From contig NC_045696.1 of NCBI RefSeq assembly GCF_009834535.1, forward strand, positions 113,586,001 to 113,650,000: DNA of 64,000 bases. Direction: 5' to 3'. Of the stretch, positions 59,590 through 64,000 are shown in pieces. The number at the start of each line of letters is the position of its first letter. Positions within the stretch are counted from its first letter, which is position 1. The position numbers and the translations under genes were made by a program. The DNA comes from Camelus ferus (Eukaryota). Under the pieces are notes generated by a model. The model worked only from the letters and a program-made list of their open reading frames with translations, was not told the DNA's origin and searched no databases.

Positions 59590-60122
59590 GTGACTCACAG
59601 ACATCGAAAACAAACGTGTGGTTACCACAGGGGAAAGGCGGGGACGGGCAAACTGGGAGTTTGGGATTAGCAAATACAAACTATTATAGAGAAAATAGAC
59701 AGACAAGTTTATACTGTGTAGCACCGGGGACTATATTCAATACCTTATAATAACCTATAATGAAAAAGAATATAAAAAAGAATATATATATATATATATA
59801 TATGTATATGTGTGTGTGTGTATGTGTGTATATATATATAATCTGAATCACTATGCTGTACACCAGAAGCTGACACAACATCATATTTCCATTTGCGTGG
59901 AATACCTTTTTCCATCCTCTCACTTTCAGTCTGTATGTGTCTCTAGATCTGAAGTGGGTCTCTTGTAGACAGCAAATACATGGGTCTTGTTTTTATATCC
60001 ATTCAGCCAGTCTGTGTCTTTTGGTTGGAGCATTTAGTTAACACAACATTGTAAATCAACTATACTTCAATATAAAAATAAATAAATAAAAATTAAAAAA
60101 ATGAACATTAAAAAAAAAAGAG
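59590..60122 (+). mobile_element. LINE-1 3' UTR with an inverted L1 ORF2 piece (~59881-60040)
   Basis: gactcacagacatcgaaaacaaac..poly-A. Insert flanked by acacaaca duplication. Confidence 0.85.
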
Positions 60123-60919
60123 AACAACAAATGCCACATACGTCTCTCCCCCCAACATTTATGAGTCCATACGCTGTAACAGGCCTTCCACTAAACAGGA
60201 CTGTACCTGTGTTCACTCGTTTAATCCTCAAAACAACCATGCGGAAAGTAGCTTCTGTCACTGTGTGTGTTTTGTAGAGGCATTAGGTAACTTCTCCGAG
60301 GCCTGGGCGGTAAGTAGAGAAGCCCGGAGGTGAGCCCAGAGCCGGAGCTGTAAGGTGGCTTCAGCCCCTGGGAACAGATCCCTTTCTGGAGAAGGCAGGA
60401 ACTGTGATTTCAGAAGCAGATCAAGCGGCTCAGCCTTGCCTTTGCAGCGGAGGTGGAAGGAGACAGCTCGCAGCAGGGGGTGAGCAACCCCACCTGTCTG
60501 CAGTGCCTGCGAGGATGGGGGGAGGCTGCAAGGCTGAGGGACAGAGACACTGACACAGAACAGGGCCCCTCACTGCTTGGCTGCATCCACACCCCACGGT
60601 TCCTCCATGCAGCCTGTTGCCGTGGTCTCCATGGAAACTCAGGAGAAGAATGAGAAGTTTAGGGGTTTAGGAGCTGGACATGGGAAGTCATGGCCACACC
60701 AGGGTCTCCCCCAGTGACACCTGTTGTTGACCATAATGATAGCTACCATTTAGTGGTCACTCAGTCAAGTCGCTCTCTATTGTCACAGCTCTATTTCAGG
60801 GAGAAGGAAACAGTGGATCAGAGAGACTTTTCCAGGGATTCACGGCCAGTAAGTGGCAAAGTAGGGTCAGGCCTTTGGCTTGCCTGGTTTTCCACTGTGC
60901 CCTTTCTCATATGAGAGAG

Positions 60920-61290
60920 TGTTTGGGCCAACTCTTCACCCTTCCTTAGATCTATGCCACTTACATTTCCACGTCCTGATAGTGCGTTTGGCCACGGACC
61001 TGCTTTGGCTAAAGGAACGTTAGCTCGTGTGATGTGTCCGAAAGCTTGAAAATCTTGTGCATCTGGACTTGCTTCCTGGCTCCTTGTTGTCACCCTGATG
61101 GGGACCTGCCAGGGCCGGCTCATAGGTCTCAAGAAGAGGACGAGATGTGGAGCAGAGATGCCTCGGCCAAGCCTAGACTGGCTGATTCCTGCTGACCCAC
61201 AATTCCACAGGAATAAAGGATTACTATTTTAAGCCACTGAATTCTGAGGTGCAGCATGGCTGTGCAGCATTTTGGTGGTGTCAGCTATTT
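60920..61290 (+). mobile_element. MLT1G/H-like LTR
   Basis: gacctgctttggctaaaggaa..gagatgtggagcagag..ttttaagccactgaattctgagg. Confidence 0.65.
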
Positions 61291-61380
61291 GATCTTCCAT
61301 GCCTTAGAAGCTCCTGCCGCCGAGATAAATGACAGATGACTGAGGACTGGAAGTCGTGGAAAGACTCAGGGTCTGCCTGG

Positions 61381-61960
61381 CTAGGGTGGTCAGATGGGGC
61401 GAAAAAAGAAAGAAAGAAAGAAAGAAAAAAACACAGGACTCAGATATTTTATTTTTTTTTTATCCTTTTTATTTATTTTTATTTTTTTATTGAAGTATAA
61501 TCAGTTTGCAATATTGTGTCAATTTCTGGTGTGTAGTGAATAGTTTCAGTCATACATGTACATATATATATATACTCCTTTTCATATTCTTTTTCATTAT
61601 AGGTTACCACAAGACATTGACTATAGTTCCCTGTGCTGTATACAATGGAAGCTTGTTGTTTAGCTATTTTATATATAATAGTTAGTATCTGCAAATTTTG
61701 AGCTCCCAATTTATTCCTTCCTACCCCCTGCCCCACTGCTGGTAACCATAGGTTTACTTTCTATGGCTGTGAGCCTGTTTCTGTTTTGTAAATAAGTTCA
61801 TGTGTATCTTTTTTTCTCGATTCCACATGTAGGTGATATCATATGGTATTTTTCTTTCTCTTTCTGGCTTATGTCACTTTGAATGACAATATCCAGGTCT
61901 ATCTATGTTGCAACAAATGGCATTATTTTATTCTTTTTTATGGCTGAGTAGTATTCCATT

Positions 61961-61992
<32 letters not shown>

Positions 61993-62895
61993 CCCACACA
62001 CTTATGGTCAATTAACCTTCAACAAAGAAGGCAAAAATATACAGTGGAGAAAAGATAGTCTTTTCAGCAAGTGGTGTTGGGAAAACTGGACAGCTGCATG
62101 TAAATCAATGAAGTTAGAACACTCCCTCACACTATACAGAAAAATAAAGTCAAATGGCTTGAAGAGTTAAATATAAGACAAGACGCTATAAACCTCCTAG
62201 AAGAAAACACAGGCAAACATTCTCTGACATCAATCTTAGCCATGTTCACCTAGGGCAGTCTACCCAGGCAATAGGAATAAAAGCAAAAATAAACAAATGG
62301 AATCTAATTAAACTTATCCTTTAAAAAACTGTCGTATAGCCAATTTACAACAGTGTGTTAATTTCTGGTGTAAGCATAGTGATTTATTTATACATATATG
62401 TATATTTCTTGTCATATTCTTTTTCATTATATGCCATTACAAGCTATTGAATATAGTTCCCTGTGCTATACAATAGGTCCTTGTTGTTTATCTATTTTAT
62501 ATATAGTAGTTAGTATCTGCAAATCCTGAACTCCCAACTGATCCCTTCCCACCCCCTTCCCACCTGGTAACCATAAGTTTGTTTTCTATGTCTGTGTGTC
62601 TGTTTCTGTTTTGTAAATAAGTTCATTTGGGTCCTTTTTTTTTTTTTAGATTCCACATATAAGCGATACCATATGGCATTTTTCTTTCTCTTTCTGGCTT
62701 GCTTCACTTAGAATGATGATCTCCAGGCAGTACCCAGATATTTTAAACGGCAGATAAACATCAAATAAGTTTTAGCATAGATATGTCCCATGCAGTAGTT
62801 GGGAAATACTTATACTCTAAAATTATTTATTACTTATTTAAATTACACATTTAACTGGGCACCTTGTTTTGGGCATCCCTATTCTGGCAGATTTG
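61381..62895 (+). mobile_element. MER53-like hAT MITE split by a composite L1 insertion (61450-62727)
   Basis: tagggtggtcagat..acacaggac; resumes tatgtcccatgcag..atacttatact..atttaactgggca. Confidence 0.65.
61450..62727. mobile_element. Composite L1: 3' UTR (minus), ORF2 fragment (plus, ~61995-62318), second 3' UTR (minus)
   Basis: Orientation switches at the (CA)(TA)n tract and at ~62320. Confidence 0.85.
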
Positions 62896-64000
62896 TAAGG
62901 GTTGCAGTATGCAGAAAGCATGTGTTGTAAAAGTGGCCCTGAGCTAGAGCATAAGAGAGATGGACACTGGAAGTCACCTCCTCTGACTCTCCGTCAGGCA
63001 ATAGGTACACTCACACGGCAGGGGCTAAGTCTCTGAGCTGAGCCTTACCAAGAGGAACTGAGTCAGAGAAAAAGCTGCCTGAAATGTTGAGAAAGAGCAG
63101 GCTGGCTAGTGGTTAGGGGAAGTCTCTTTCAGCCTTATTATTCAACCACTCTGTAATTGAGGGTGCATCAGGAAGCCTTGGCTTCCCTGGTTTCAGAGCC
63201 TGTGGTACCAGAGAGAGCATCCCTGCCTGCAATCTGAAACCTGCATCCCTTTCGCTGGACCCAGGCAGCATTTCCTGGTTCCCGAACCACCTGTCTCCAA
63301 GGTGCCTGTGAGGAAAGGCACTATGGGTGTGGGAGAAGAGGCTGCAGGCCAGGCCCAGGAAGGGGTTGTCCAGGGACTGTTTTTCGAGAGGTCAGGCTAG
63401 CCAGCAAATGGCCAGTGAAGCCAGAGGGCTGGGTGAAATCAGAGAGAAGAAATGGGCCAATGCGGAGGTCAGAGAGCAGAGTGGCTCTGACTCGGGGACT
63501 CTGTCCATGCTCCACTTTCAGCTCTCTCTTAGCAGATTTGGACAAGCCACTCTTATTGGTTTTGCACAGTCTGTGAATAATTTTCCAATTCAATCCAGAA
63601 AGAAATTCCATGCTGTCAGCCAGCACAGATTGTTGTAGGAAAAATGACACAACTCTATCCTCTGGGCAAACTTGCAAATTATTACAAATTTCCCCACCAC
63701 TCCTTCACACACACAGCTGGCTGGAGAAGGTGTCAGTTTTTCCATGGAGATGGGAGGCTTTTCTTCGTGTGATTTCTCATGATCAAGCACATCCCTACAG
63801 TGCTTTGTTGACTTTCATTCCGAGCTCCCGTTCCCTCTGACATTGAGACAGAACTGGGGCAGGCCTTGCTCCTGACTACTGCACAGGAGTCAGGCACCAA
63901 GCTCGCCTATGCCCAGCCTTGGAGCAAAGATGGATCCCGGAAAGGAACACTGGCCAGCTAAGATTCTGCATCTCCAGATGAATGACATCACAAAAACAAT

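Noticed and set aside
1..64000. CRISPR arrays, operons, rRNA or other prokaryotic systems
   Set aside because: The sequence is mammalian and repeat-rich, with no regularly spaced direct-repeat array or gene-dense coding.

Overview
Repeat-dense mammalian genomic DNA, most likely camelid. This is inferred from about 14 copies of a tRNA-derived SINE (GGGGAGGGTATAGCTCAGTGGTAGAG...GGTTCAATCCCCAGTACCTCC, Vic-1-like) and young artiodactyl-type L1 3' ends. Older eutherian MIR, L2, MLT/MaLR, ERV LTR and hAT/Tigger fossils are also present. I find no intact protein-coding gene, and the supplied ORFs are chance ORFs or repeat-derived. The main result comes from reading splice signals on the minus strand. 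About 25 short exon-like segments run from ~58.4 kb down to ~9.7 kb, many with canonical AG/GT boundaries and matching intron phases. Translated through stops and frameshifts, they give an N-terminal PH-like domain, a tyrosine-motif-rich linker, two PDZ-like domains (the second syntenin-like), a p47phox/NOXO1-type PX-like domain and a short tail. I interpret this as a decayed intron-containing (candidate unitary) pseudogene of an adaptor I cannot name. Domain calls rest on manual alignment to remembered consensus sequences and need HMM and synteny confirmation. Repeat family names are by eye and their boundaries are approximate.
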